This document shows positions 12,018 to 24,720 of a stretch of DNA of 64,000 nucleotides, one piece after another (positions within the stretch are counted from its first letter, which is position 1; each line of letters begins with the position of its first letter). The position numbers and the translations under genes are program-made. The stretch covers positions 62,001-126,000 of the forward strand of contig JBEWZL010000292.1 of the NCBI GenBank assembly GCA_045837725.1, in the 5' to 3' direction. This DNA is from Vermamoeba vermiformis (Eukaryota). The notes under the pieces were generated by a model. The model was not told the origin of the DNA and made no database searches. It saw only the letters and a program-made list of their open reading frames with translations.

Positions 12018-14617
12018 ATGACAACCAAAAAGCAGAAGATTCACATTAAGCCATTTCGCCATCAAGGGCAGATGGATCCTAATTATGCGGACACCACTTG
12101 GGCCTTGTTAAAGAATGCTATTTATGAAATTCACAAAAAGAACGCTTCGGGGCTCAGTTTCGAAGAGCTTTACAGGTAAATATAACAATTTCCTTATTAT
12201 TTTCTCATATTTAGTTTACAAAAACGAATTCTCAAATCCACAAAAATCCTTGCATGACCTGCTCTAATATTCATACGTACTAGAAATGCATATAATATGG
12301 TATTGCACAAGTATGGTGACAGATTGTACGAAGGATTGAAAGAAGTAGTGAATCAGCATTTGAAAGACGTCGCTGAAAAAGTCGCTTCTGCCAATGATCT
12401 TAAATTTTTGGACGCGTTAAATGAAGCCTGGTCAGACCATAAAATCTCAATGTTGATGATTCGTGATATTCTGATGTACATGGTAATTAACGAGGATCGG
12501 TCTTTTGGAATTTTAAATTTATTAAACCTGAAAATTTCTTTTACATTAGAAATTATGATAGACTGCAATTTTAACCACAAATAATATGCTCACTCGTATT
12601 GCAGTAATTTAAAGGTGCTTAAATTGCTAAAATAACTGACAATTATTTTTTCAAACAGGATCGAGTGTACGTAACGCAGAGCAATGTACCCTCAGTATAC
12701 GACTTGGGTTTGAGTCTCTTCCGCACGAATATCGCGCGCAATCCCAAGATTAAAGACCGACTGTTGAAGGTGTTGCTGTCCAATGTGCAACGCGAGCGCA
12801 ACGGTGAGGTGATAGCGCGGTCACTGATGAAGAACATCACGCAGATGTTAGTCGACCTCGGCATCAGCAACAGAGCTGTCTACGAAGAGGACTTTGAGCG
12901 TCAGTTCTTGGAGGCCTCGTCGCAGTTCTATCGCGTCGAGTCGCAGAACTTTATCAGCGAGAACAGCTGCTCGGACTACATGAAGAAGGTGGAGCAGCGC
13001 ATCAAAGAGGAGATGGAGCGCGTGCAGCACTATCTCGATGCCGCCACTGAGCCCAAGATCAAAGAGGTCGTGGAGCGTGAATTGATCACTCAACACATGA
13101 AAACTCTTGTCGAGGTACGTACTGTGATTGCCTTATTTGGTCATGAGTGTCGCTGACTGACACGTGTCACAGATGGACGGATCAGGGCAAGTCGCCATGT
13201 TGAAGGACGACAAGATTGAAGACTTGGCGCGCATGTATCAACTGCTCGGTCGTGTGAAGGGCGGTCACGACTTGATGCGCACGGTGTTGAGCACTTTGGT
13301 GCGCGATACGGGCAAGGCAGTGGTGGAGGACCCTGAGAACCAAGACAAACAGAACAGCTACGTGCAAGCACTGCTGGACCTGAAGGACAAGCACGACAAC
13401 ATCTTGACCAAGGCATTCTACAACGACAAGAACTTCCAACACACGCTCAATCAGGCCTTTGAGTACTTCATCAACCTCAACAACCGCTCACCGGAGTACA
13501 TCTCGCTGTTCATCGACGAGAAGTTGCGCAAGGGTCTCAAGGGTGCTGGTGAAGATGAAGTGGAGCGCACCTTGGACAAAGTGATGACATTGTTCCGCTT
13601 CATTCAAGAGAAGGACGTGTTCGAGAAGTACTACAAACAACACTTGGCCAAGCGACTCTTGTTGAACCGTTCAGTCAGTGACGACGCTGAGCGCAGCATG
13701 ATCTCCAAGCTGAAGACCGAGTGCGGCTATCAATTCACCTCCAAGCTCGAGGGCATGTTCACCGACATGAAGCTGAGTGCGGACACGATGGAGTCCTTCA
13801 AGAACTACGTGCAGAACAACGATCAGAACCTCTTGGGCGGCATTGACCTCAGCGTGCACATTCTCACCACGGGCTACTGGCCCACGCAGAACATTCCCAA
13901 GTGCATCTTGCCTGCCGAGATCAACAAGTGCTGCGAGGTGTTCCGCAAGTTCTACTTGGGCAATCACAACGGTCGTCGCTTGACCTGGCAGACCAACATG
14001 GGCACTGCAGATCTCAAGGCACACTTCGGCTCCAAGCGTCACGAGCTGAGCGTGTCGACCTATCAGATGGTCATCTTGTTGCAGTTCAACACCACCGACA
14101 AGATTGCCTTCAAAGAACTCGCCGCCATGACGGGCATTGCAGGCCCTGATCTCAAGCGCAACTTGCTCACCTTGTCGTGCGCCAAGTACAAGATCTTGAG
14201 CAAAGAGCCCAGCACCAAGACCGTGGAGGAGAGTGACAGCTTTGCATTCAACGACAAGTTCCGCAGCAAGTTGTTCCGCGTCAAGGTGATGGCAGTGGTG
14301 CAGAAAGAGACTGAAAAGGAGCGCAGTGCCACACAAGAGAAGATTGACGAGGACCGCAAGCACATGTATGTAGTGTCGGGTGCTCGATCTGGCGTGTACT
14401 GACCTCTATTTACAGGATTGAAGCCGCTATTGTGCGCATTATGAAGTCACGCAAGCAGATGGAGCACAGCAATTTGATTGCCGATGTGACCAAACAACTT
14501 TCTTCGCGTTTCAGACCCAATCCGCTCGTCATTAAGAAGCGAATTGAATCGTTGATTGAACGCGAGTACTTGGAGCGATCTAAGACTAATCGCAAGATGT
14601 ATAACTACCTCGCATAA
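12018..14617 (+). CDS. CUL3: Cullin-3, multi-exon
   Basis: [50 protein letters not shown] and the neddylation motif [13 protein letters not shown]...YNYLA*. Confidence 0.97.
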
Positions 14618-14915
14618 ACACCCCACCGCTGCGAGCGCAAACGAACTCGCATCCCTGTTAATATTACTTGCTATTTGTACTATCACCTTTTTGGAACCCT
14701 CTCTGGTCAACACACCACTCTTGTTTAATAAAATCGACTGTAAGCAATACAACAAGTACTGACGTGTCATAAGGACCTTTGCAGTGGCATTTTTGTTAAA
14801 TTTCTCAGACAAGATCCCGGCACTAAAAATTTGTTTTTTGTCACTGTCATTTGTTCTGTTAGAAGCTTCGATAAAACCACACGAGCTCTACATTTAAATC
14901 AAAGGCCTATTCACC

Positions 14916-17091
14916 ATGGAACAGTATGTATTGCGCAACCACTTCCAACGACTAACGATCAGATCCCCAAAACACACGAAACTTGTCATCTGAAAGCTAA
15001 TGTGATTTATTTATAGAGAAAACAATAACCAGAAGAATCAAAAGCAGCCGAAGCAACCCAAGCAAGCCAAGGCTCAAGCTGTAAGATCCGATCGAAAAAA
15101 AAACATTCTTTTGTGATCGGCAATAACTGACCGTAAATAGGACCCTAAGGCTAAGAAGGCTGTTGATGCCGATGAGGAGCTCGACGCTAGCGTAAGTAAT
15201 TTTTAAAGTCGTTATTTAACGATATTTATGAAATAAAATAAAATTCTGGATGCATCAAGTTAACCTCTTTTATGAATAATTCATAAAACGTTACAAACAT
15301 ACTATAATACCCACAATTTATTTTTCATACTCGTTTTTGCACTGTTTATGCATCCGCGATCGAGTGGCTAACAGCAGCTTGTGTCGCTAGCAATACTTTG
15401 AAATGCGTGCGCGTTGGATCCAATCGCTCAAGGACAGCGGCAAGAACCCTTACCCGCACAAGTTCCCTGTCTCTATCTCCGTGCCCACTTTCATTGAGCG
15501 CTATCAACATCTGCAGAATGGTGAAATGCTTAGCGACGTCGTAGTTGGTCTTGCTGGTACGTTGACTACGGTCCTATATTAATATAGTTTTGTATTGTAC
15601 TCACGCGCTGCAGGTCGTGTTCGCTCACGTCGCAGCAGTGGCAACAAGCTCTTCTTCTACGAGCTGATCGGTGATGGCGTCAAGCTTCAAATCCTCGCCA
15701 ATGCCTCGTACGTTGTTGCTCTATTGCAACTGTCTAGTACTGCGTGCTAATACTCTTACAGCGTGTACACAAATGCCGAGGAGTTCGCAGATGTGAACGC
15801 ACACATTAAGCGCGGTGACATTATCGGTGCTCTCGGTCACCCCTCGCGCAGCAAGACTGGCGAGCTCTCATTGGTGCCCACCAAGCTCGAGATCCTCTCG
15901 CCCTGTCTCTACATGATCCCTCGTCCTGGTACCTTGAAGGACCAAGAGACGCGTTATCGTCAGCGCTACTTGGACATGATTGTCAACGATCACACGCGCA
16001 CCATCTTCTTCACGCGCGCCAAGATCATCAACTACATTCGCAACTACCTCAACGAGCGTCACTTCCTTGAAGTTGAGACTCCGATGATGAACATGATTGC
16101 TGGTGGTGCTGCCGCCAAGCCCTTCGTGACGCATCACAACGACCTCAACATGCGTCTCTTCATGCGCATTGCTCCCGAGCTCTACTTGAAGCAGCTGATT
16201 GTCGGTGGTATTGAGCGTGTCTACGAGATTGGTCGTCAGTTCCGCAATGAAGGCATTGATCTCACACACAACCCCGAGTTCACCACCTGCGAGTTCTACA
16301 TGGCCTATGCTGACTACGCAGATTTGATGACCATCACTGAAGAGATGATCCGTGGCATGGTCAAGGCCATCACGGGCAGCTATCAATTGAAGTACAACCC
16401 TGCTGGTGGCTACGATCCTGAGGCCCCCGCTGACAAGGTGATCACCGTGGACTTTGAACAGCCCTTCTTGCGCATTCCGATGATCAAGGGCCTCGAAGAT
16501 GAGCTCAAGGTCACCTTCCCCACCGACCTCGAGTCCGACGAGACCAACAAGTTCTTGCGCGAGCTGTGTGTCAAGCACAACGTTGAGTGCGCTGATCCCA
16601 AGACCAATGCACGTCTGTTGGACAAGTTGGTGGGCGAGTTCATTGAAGTCAAGGCCAAGGAACGTCCCTTGTTCATCACTGATCACCCGCAATTGATGAG
16701 TCCTCTCGCCAAGTGGAACAGAAATCAGCGCAACTTGACCGAGCGATTCGAGTTGTTCATCATGACGCGCGAGGTCTGCAACGCCTACACTGAGTTGAAT
16801 GACCCGTTCGTGCAACGCAGTCTGTTCGGAGATCAAGCCAAGCTCAAGGCCCAAGGTGACGACGAGGCACAACTGATCGATGAGACCTTCTGCAAGGCCC
16901 TCGAATACGGTCTGCCGCCCACTGGTGGCTGGGGTATGGGTATCGATCGTATGGCCATGTTCTTGGCCAACTGCATCAACATCAAGGAGGTGATTTTATT
17001 CCCTGCCATGAAGCCCATCGAGAACGAGCCTCAACCGCAACAAGCTGGCCAACCACAACAGCCTGGCCAACCCGCTGCTCCAAAGAACTAG
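14916..17091 (+). CDS. KARS: Cytosolic lysyl-tRNA synthetase (class II) with several short 5' exons
   Basis: [43 protein letters not shown] and [18 protein letters not shown] micro-exon at 14916. Confidence 0.97.
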
Positions 17092-17175
17092 ATGTGCAGT
17101 TGCGGAATAAAAGGCCAAGCACTTCGGCACTTTATTGAAAATTAATAGTGATATACAAATATTACAAAGTATCCT

Positions 17176-19395
17176 TTAGAAGGTGATGATGGACAAAAGC
17201 TCTTTCGTAAGCTTGGTGTCTCCAAGATGCAATCTTTTGCGCACGTCATCTTCCCCACCGAAGGGTTTCACACCCCGTTCAGCCAAAATGACCCTTGCCT
17301 TCTGTTCGCCCAGACCTTGAACACGACGCAGGGCCCATTCAGGAGCAGAATTGACATTTATTGTCTCAGTGCCTAATAACAATGGATAGTAAGTAAATCA
17401 CTCATATTCCTCGTGCAGTACTGCTACTTACACCAGAAGTGCACTCGCTCTGCAAAGGGTCTACCAAAGAACGCTTCAAATTGTTGCAAAGCGACCACAG
17501 CACAACGGTCAGGGAGGCAAACAGTATCTTCTAGTTTTCCTGTTGAAAGCACCAGCAACATCCAATGTTTTAGTTTGGCCTTGCCCATCGCCTTCTGTAC
17601 TTTTCGATGCTCATCGTCGATTATTTGTTGCGTCAACTTCTCGAACTTGTAGTACTTGGTTTGGCCACAGATCACAAAGCCGTGTTTGGTACCATTGTCG
17701 AGAGAGACAAAGAAATCGAAGGGAGCTCCTTCTTTGTTCAGCACGACTTGTCCAGAGCTCTGCCAGGGGATTGGGGTGCAGTTATCCGAGATGGTCCGGT
17801 TCTTTGGAAACCTGTTGCTCGCTCGCCACACAGCTCCTCTGTCCTTGTTTGGAGCTCTGATACCAACCGTTGCATCAAGTTGACCACCAAACTTAGCTCC
17901 GCGGAGCAGATCCTTGAGCTTGACTCGACCTGCTTGAGCCCATGCAGCGATCTTCAGGGCCACGTACTGAGCACAAAATACGTCGAAGTGCTGCCAAGTG
18001 AAGAACTGATCATCTTCTGATGAGCGGATAGTGGCACTCAAGACCTCCAGCAGTGGTGAATTGCATCCCGTGTGTAGCAACCAGGCCTGAAGACATAGAT
18101 AAGGGAGGTAAGGAGTTTCTTTGTCGAATCTTAGGCCCAGTTCAAGCCGCTCCAGTTGATCATAGGTCAGTGTAGTGCCAGCCACTGAGGTGGTGGTCGC
18201 GACTCGTTGTCGCCGAATCGTATCGCCGATTACACTTTGCAGTGCCCCACAGCAGCGGGACGCCGACCAATTAGTTGACATCTTTCTGGCGAGAGTTTCG
18301 GACACAACTGTCCAATTCACTTGGTTCAGTGAAGGATAGCCCTTAACTAGCATCAATAATTGCTCGAGTAGCCGAGGATGTCCTCCAATGTCGAGCAATA
18401 CAGCTCGAAAGCATGCATCAGCGGAGATCTCTGAGGCCTGTAGCACTTCTTGAGCGATAGCCAGCGTGGACGTTGTGGATAACGGACTCAATCGACGATA
18501 GTCTACGGGGAGTTTTAAAGACAGTGCAGCGTTGGTCACTCCCTCTAGCGATGTTCCAGCTAACAGAAAGAAGAAATTGACCCCGTGTGGAGGATGCAGC
18601 CTCGTTGATTGGAGGCTCTCAATGATGTTTTTTAATGCCCGATTTGCCAGTTCCCTGTCTTCTTCGAGCCATTTACTATATTCGTCAACCCCCACCGCAA
18701 TGTTGACAATTGTATCTGGGCTTAGCTTGTTGGAGTGGAGGTAGTCTTCTCGAATTAATTCCAAAGACTGGCTGAGGTCGAATCCACTTTGTGCCACAGC
18801 TCCGAACATTTCCTTCAAGCAATTAGAACCTTTGGCTCCTTCCACAAAGTGATGATAAAGAAGTCTCAAGGAAAATGCCAGAGCAGGTTCTTCTCGATCT
18901 ACACGAGAGATGACGTTTCCGTCGTTGTACGTGGCATGAATGTGAATATAATGAGGGAAGTCGTTGACCACTTCGGCATGGGGGCTGCGTAGAGCTTCAG
19001 CAATAAATCGAGTTTTTCCTGAGCCTGGAGTGCCAACAATCGCCAAAAGCGGCCATTTTGTCCGATCACGCACGCTATCAGAGCGGAACTGTTTTTCGTG
19101 TTGAAACTGACGCCACACGTCTAGATACAAATCATCGCGCTCCAGAAAAGGAAGCTGACGACCTCCAACTGCGTGAATTCGCTAAGGCTCAGGAGGTTAG
19201 CGAACATTCAAATTCACATTTTAATTAATTTAACGAAATTATAAAATGCTTTAATTATTTATGCACCTCAAAATTGGCTGAGAGCTCAGGTGGTCGTTGG
19301 TTCTTGGCAATGATTCCCTTAAGTTGTTGAAATTTTTTAGCTACTTTTCTTATTCGTTTAAGCGGAGAGAGGGAACGCTCGCAAGTCTGAGACAT
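17176..19395 (-). CDS. Crinkler (CRN)-like protein: P-loop NTPase + PD-(D/E)xK-type REase + C-terminal helix-hairpin-helix; two introns
   Basis: Walker A GTPGSGKT, Walker B VGVDE, GGHPR motif, WQHFDVFCA...GAPFDFF...GQTKY nuclease-like core, and spliced tail INVNSAPEWALRRVQGLGEQKARVIL. Confidence 0.78.
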
Positions 19396-19581
19396 CACTT
19401 CAGAGGTGTTGTAGTTTAATGATAATTGTTTGAAAATAAAAAATTAAAACGGTCAAAAAAAAACGCGGTACAAAAAACGAAATTTCAGTGAAAACTTAAC
19501 CTTGGTAACCGGCGGTGAGGAATTAGGTGGTGAAACTAGCGAGTAGGATTACAAGTTGATTGAATGTTTATTAAAAGACTG

Positions 19582-22328
19582 TTATTTTCCATGGCACCTT
19601 TTAAATTTTTTGCCAGATCCGCACGGACACACCTCATTGCGGTTGACTTTGCTCTCTTTGGCTGGCGCAGCACTGGGCGGGGCAGCGCGCACACTTGGCG
19701 TGACACTTTGTTGCTCACGTTCTCTCGTCTCTTGAATCACTTGGTACAGATTGCCATATTTAGCCTCGCGAATGGACACGTTGACATTCTCCACTGCGAG
19801 TTGTGCCTCTTGCATTGTGAGCACGGGTTTGTTGCGCTCATCTTCGAGCGGCACTTCGTTCTCCTCGTGCACGCGCCAGTCAGTGCTGTGCGAGGCCTGG
19901 TCAGAGGGCTGTGCGGGCACTGGTCCTGAACTGCCACTCGACTCTTCGAACTGCGTGGCGAGCACTGCCACCAGTGTTTTGTCGGCAGCAAAGTACTGTG
20001 CTGAACTCTTCTTGGCGTCTAGTGGGAAGGGCAGCTGAGTCTAGAGAGGAATTGTTATTGTTATTAGAGAAGTAGTGCAGGGACACAACACTCACATTGA
20101 ATAGATATCTGCTGCTCGAGTCCACCAAACTGACCTCACCGCTGCTCTTCACATCGAGCGACACATTTGCATCGGGGCCCTGAAGACAATCAGTGGTCAC
20201 GCGATCTGATGCAGCACTGGATGTCTTACCAAGTCCGTGAGGTGCATCTTGAGCACCAAATCTTCAATCGAGTCGTCCTCTCTCGTCCTGTAATATGCGC
20301 GGCACTTGGGTCGTGCAGTGAGCGGAGGACTCTTGGCCACTTCGCTCGAACTGTTGAGCGGCACTTCATTCGAGGCACTGAGCGTGGACTTCTCGCTCGA
20401 CTCACTTGGCGTGGCATTTGCATTGCCTTTGCGCTTGTTCTTTTTCTTGTTGCCAGTGCTGATGACGGGCACCGGTGCAGTGCTCTCAGTCGACTTGTTC
20501 AATGGAGCACTGGCACTGCTAGTGCGCGAGTTGGGTTTGTTCTTCTTGTAGAACAAAATGTACGCGTTCTGTTTGAGCACCACGGCAGGGCTGACATTGC
20601 GCGTCACTTTTTCATCGTCAAACAAGTGCCACTGGCCTTGGTGGCGCACAAAGCAGGTGTAGTGGCCTGAGAAACAAGTCTCGCCGTAGTGCACGAGCAC
20701 GGCGTAGAGTGAATAGCCCGCGTCCTCGACTTCCTGCGCAGCATTAGTGTGTGACCACAGCACATTGGAACAACGTACTTTAGACTCAGCACTGAGCGCA
20801 GATTTCAGGTCCAGCTCCTCAGTGAATGTGATGGGCTTGTTGATCTTGAGACCACCGCGCATCATATCAAATCGCTTCAACTGCACCATCAATATGTTGG
20901 GCGGCGAATAGATTGTCAACTGTTTCTGTGCTGGCACTGCTTGATTGCATCTGATTGGCGGTCAGTAATGCTACATGCCTATAAATAACATACTTGTCGC
21001 ATCTGTAGCCAGTGGACTCATCGAGCTTTTCAATGCGCACAAAGTTCATCAGCGCCTCCTCCACGGAGAGGGCGTTCTGACTGAGATCGAGATTGAGATC
21101 TAAAAATGACTCGAGACTGCTGTTGACATTGCCGCACTTCTCGCACTTGACTTGACTCTGCAAGCTGCCACCAAACAGTTGATAAATCACCGTCGTCTCT
21201 TCAATGCGCATCTCATCCTCTCTGCGGCACTCGTCAGCACTCATTTGCAGAAATATTTGCAGCCCTTACTTGTCGATGGCAAAAGATACACCAGGATTTT
21301 GTTTGATGAAGTTGTCTTTGTATTGTTGATATAGTACGCGATGTGTCCTGTTCAGAATCGATGAAGCAAATTCATGCGCGTCTTCTTGGTTGTACAAAAA
21401 GAAATCACCCAGATCTGCGCGACATACATTAATTCATAAGATGTAGTGATTATAAGGCATGTACTCACGTCGCAGATTTTTCAAAAACTCAATCGGAGTG
21501 ATCCACTCGTACTGCGGGTCAAGTACTGTCTGAAGTGTCAAAGTGTCACTCGCGTGTCATCGCGCTATCAGTCACGTGTCAACGTACCTTGGCGTGCTGT
21601 TCAATTTCGCACAGTGCGCAGAATGGCTGTTGAGTGCCTGCGATTGCATGAGTCACGGTCATTAACCTGTCAAAGTACTTACAGCTCTTGGCGTGATCGC
21701 AAGTCAACAAGTAAGTCAGCATGGCAGGCGTGTAGATGACGCACTGCAGCACCGAGTTCAAATAGCAGCTGTTGCCCACATTTTTCAAGCCAGCACCTGT
21801 CACGCATTGTCAGAAATCACACTGTGGGTCCTATTCACTACGCACCTAATGGTCTCTTTTCTTCGAATTGCATCATCTGCTCCACTCGCTTGGGTGGCAC
21901 AATGTATCTAATAAGATGTTAATATTAAGGTGCGTTGTAGTCAAGAATTCTAACCTTGATGGCTGTTTCAACAATGATAGGCGCTTAGTGCCGCTAGTGG
22001 TACCAACAGGTGTCTCAGTCTTAGGCACGTCTTGTTTAATATACTCTGTTGTGACTTGATCGCGTAATATTTTGCATTGTCTGTTGTGACCTAAATTCCA
22101 GTGTTTTCTCTTTTGAATTTTATCAGAATATTATGAATATTACTATTTGTCGGTTAATAGACGTACCTGACAGTCTCCACTGCAGTAAAAAACTTTCTAA
22201 ATTGATTATTTTAATTAGTAAATTTTGGCTAATAATGATTTTTTGCGATCCGATCTGATCCAACCAACCTTGCAACCGCCACACTTCGATGTTGTTAATT
22301 TTCCGCACTGAATACAAGGACTAGACAT
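19582..22328 (-). CDS. Ubiquitin-specific protease with N-terminal MYND finger, USP catalytic domain (USP36/42 or plant UBP15-19-like), CS-like domain and C-terminal SEC-C motif
   Basis: Spliced MYND CIQCGKLTTSKCGGCKKVFYCSGDCQRKHWNLGHNRQC; Cys box GLKNVGNSCYLNSVLQC; QEDAHEF; His box HYGETCFSGHY..WHLFDD; tail RNEVCPCGSGKKFKRCHGK*. Confidence 0.85.
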
Positions 22329-22458
22329 TATGAACAAAGTAAAGTGACTTGTTCTCGTCTTCAGTTTGTTTTGTTAAGAATTAAAAACCTTTTTGTATCA
22401 AAGAGGCACAACAAGTGACATTTCATTCTGATCACCATACTTATAACGACATCAAATA

Positions 22459-23178
22459 ATGGATATTGAAGAACAGCAATTGCATTCGCTTGACCAAGTC
22501 GAACTTGTTGCAGATCAGAAAAACCTTGGCAAAGGCAAATTATTATTAACTAGCCAGTATGTATTACCGCAGTGTGTGGACTAAAATATAAGATAAAATC
22601 AATTGCAGAATAATTAAAATAAATTATTTTAATTTTTCTAATCTTTTTCCAAACAAGCCGCATTTCCTGGACTGGATCAAACAATGAAACACAAGAATGG
22701 GCCTGGAGATCTATTGTTATGCATGCAGTGAGCAAAGATGCCACCATGTCACCCAATGGCTCGATTTATTGTCAAGTGGCGAAAGCGCGATCGGAAATGA
22801 CAGAAGAAGAACTCGAAGCAGAAGAAGAGGGCGAAGACCTCGAACCATTCGGCGAGCTGCGATTCATTCCAAGTGATGGCAGCGCTGTTGAACCACTGTT
22901 CGAAGCATTCTCTAAAGGCGCGGAGATGAATCCAGATCCACTTGAAGGCACGTACCTTAAGAACTGTTACTTTAATTTTGTTAAACTAATCGACTCGAGC
23001 AGACGACGATGAAGAAGGTGAGTTCTATTTTGGCGATGATAATATGGACGGCGAACAACAAGAGCCTACATTTGAAATCACAACGGCCGAGGGTTTTGAA
23101 GAGATGATGCACAATAACAATAACAACGACCATGAAGGCGAAGATGACTTTGAAGATGCACCGAGTGACGGTCATTAA
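22459..23178 (+). CDS. CLNS1A: Methylosome subunit pICln (CLNS1A/Voldacs); two introns, the second GC-AG
   Basis: GKGKLLLT, SIVMHAVS, IYCQ, ELRFIP...LFEAFSKGAEMNPDP and an acidic tail. Confidence 0.88.
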
Positions 23179-23206
23179 CTTGTTAATAAATACATCTGTT
23201 TTATTT

Positions 23207-24526
23207 TCATCGGCGACGGTCGCGAGATCTTGACCGTGATTTGTCTCGTCTGTCACGTGATCGCGATCGACTGCGCCGTGAGCGACGATTGAGCGAGCGA
23301 GATCTAGACCGAGACCTGTCACGTCTTCTGTCACGTGATCGTGAACGCGAACGACGTCTGCTGTATCGGTCACGTGATCGAGAACGAGATCTGTCACTGC
23401 GACGTGTGTCACGTGATCTGTCAATGTCACGTGCACGATCATTGCGCGGTGGAGAGCGATCAACTGCGTCCTCTTGTTTGATGTCACGTCTGGGTGGTGA
23501 CATCTGATCACGGGGCTCACTCTTGACAGTCACTTCTTGTTTGACAGTTGAGTTCTGCGCACTATTATTGGTGTTGTTGTCAGTGTTGTTGTTCCTGTGC
23601 AATGGCTCTTCATCGCTGCTGGCCTCTTCCTCGCTCACTTCCAATCCTTCGGCGCGTTTCTTGTCGCGCTTCTTTTTTCTTTTGTCTTTCCGCTTCTTTT
23701 TCTCTTCGCTCCACAGTTTTTCAAATGACACGCCTGTGTTGATAGCTTCGAGTTGCAGTTCAATCTTACGCTTTTCTTTCTTTTCACGTCGCTTCATCTT
23801 TTTCATCTTCTTCTTTTCTTTCTTTTCTAATTTGCGCATGTGATCGTCAAACTTCATCTTCTTCGCCACTGGTCCAGGGTCCTGTTAGACAGTTAGCACG
23901 TGTTCACCAAATGCCAAGTGTGCGTTACACACCTCTTCTCCTGCGTCCAATTTGCGCTTTCTTGCTTCTTCTTCCTCGTCCTTTGGTGGTTTGTAATCTG
24001 CCACGTGGTCCACTCTGATAATGCGTCCACCAAGCTGAGAACAGGCCGACGTGAGTAGAAAAATTAGATAAAATTATGAAAATGACTTACTTTAATGCCA
24101 TTGAAGTTATCTACTGCCAAAGTTGTGCTCTTGTAATTCTCGTATGCGATAAACGCGAAGCCTTTTGACTTGCCAGTCTTCTTGTCACGAACCAAGTTAA
24201 CATCTGAGATATGTCCGTACCTAAAGTAATAATACGTTAATATTTTTAAAGGACAAGGTAAAAATACCAATCACAATAAAAAAAATAAATGCTGGTATTT
24301 TATTTTAATTTTTTTAATAATTTTGATTATTCTTATCGCTTTCTAAAACAACTACTCACTGCGAAAAAACTATCAACAAATCTCCTTCGGTAAATTCAAA
24401 AGGAAAACCACCAACGAATATGTATGGGCTGTCTTTGTACTGTTCGTGCCAAGATCCAGATGAGCCGGCCGTGCCAATCTGTATTTCCCGACTATTCAGC
24501 CGGTTGATCGCCTTCATATTATTCAT
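23207..24526 (-). CDS. RBMX2: RBMX2/Snu17(Ist3) RRM protein of the RES complex with an RS-rich tail
   Basis: [16 protein letters not shown]...[39 protein letters not shown] and RIIRVDHV. Confidence 0.93.
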
Positions 24527-24720
24527 GGTGCCGACTTAAAGAGCGTATAGGAGTATGACCTCATCAACCTCAAATTTCAGAAGGCCGATTTTTTTGCGCA
24601 CGTTTTTCTGTTCCTCATTCTTCAAGAATTTCCGTTTATCTTTTCATTTCGAAAAAACGCAACACTCGCGTCAACACAACAAACTCAACTTTAATACATA
24701 TACCAACACAATATCCGAAA

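Noticed and set aside
13671-16872. Long antisense ORFs (13671-14363, 15868-16872; also 58725-59606 and 27876-28454)
   Set aside because: These are shadows of biased codon usage or low-complexity sequence on the coding strand, with no recognisable motifs.
17176-17382. Stand-alone comEA competence gene
   Set aside because: There is no ATG start. It is preceded by a branch site and AG and splices in frame to the CRN-like ORF.
17092-19580. Transposon ends flanking the CRN-like gene
   Set aside because: No terminal inverted repeats, target-site duplication or poly(A) tail were found in the flanks.
19582-19650. Bacterial secA gene or contamination suggested by CPCGSGKKFKRCHG
   Set aside because: No SecA ATPase domains are present. 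The motif is in frame, through spliceosomal introns, with a eukaryotic USP.
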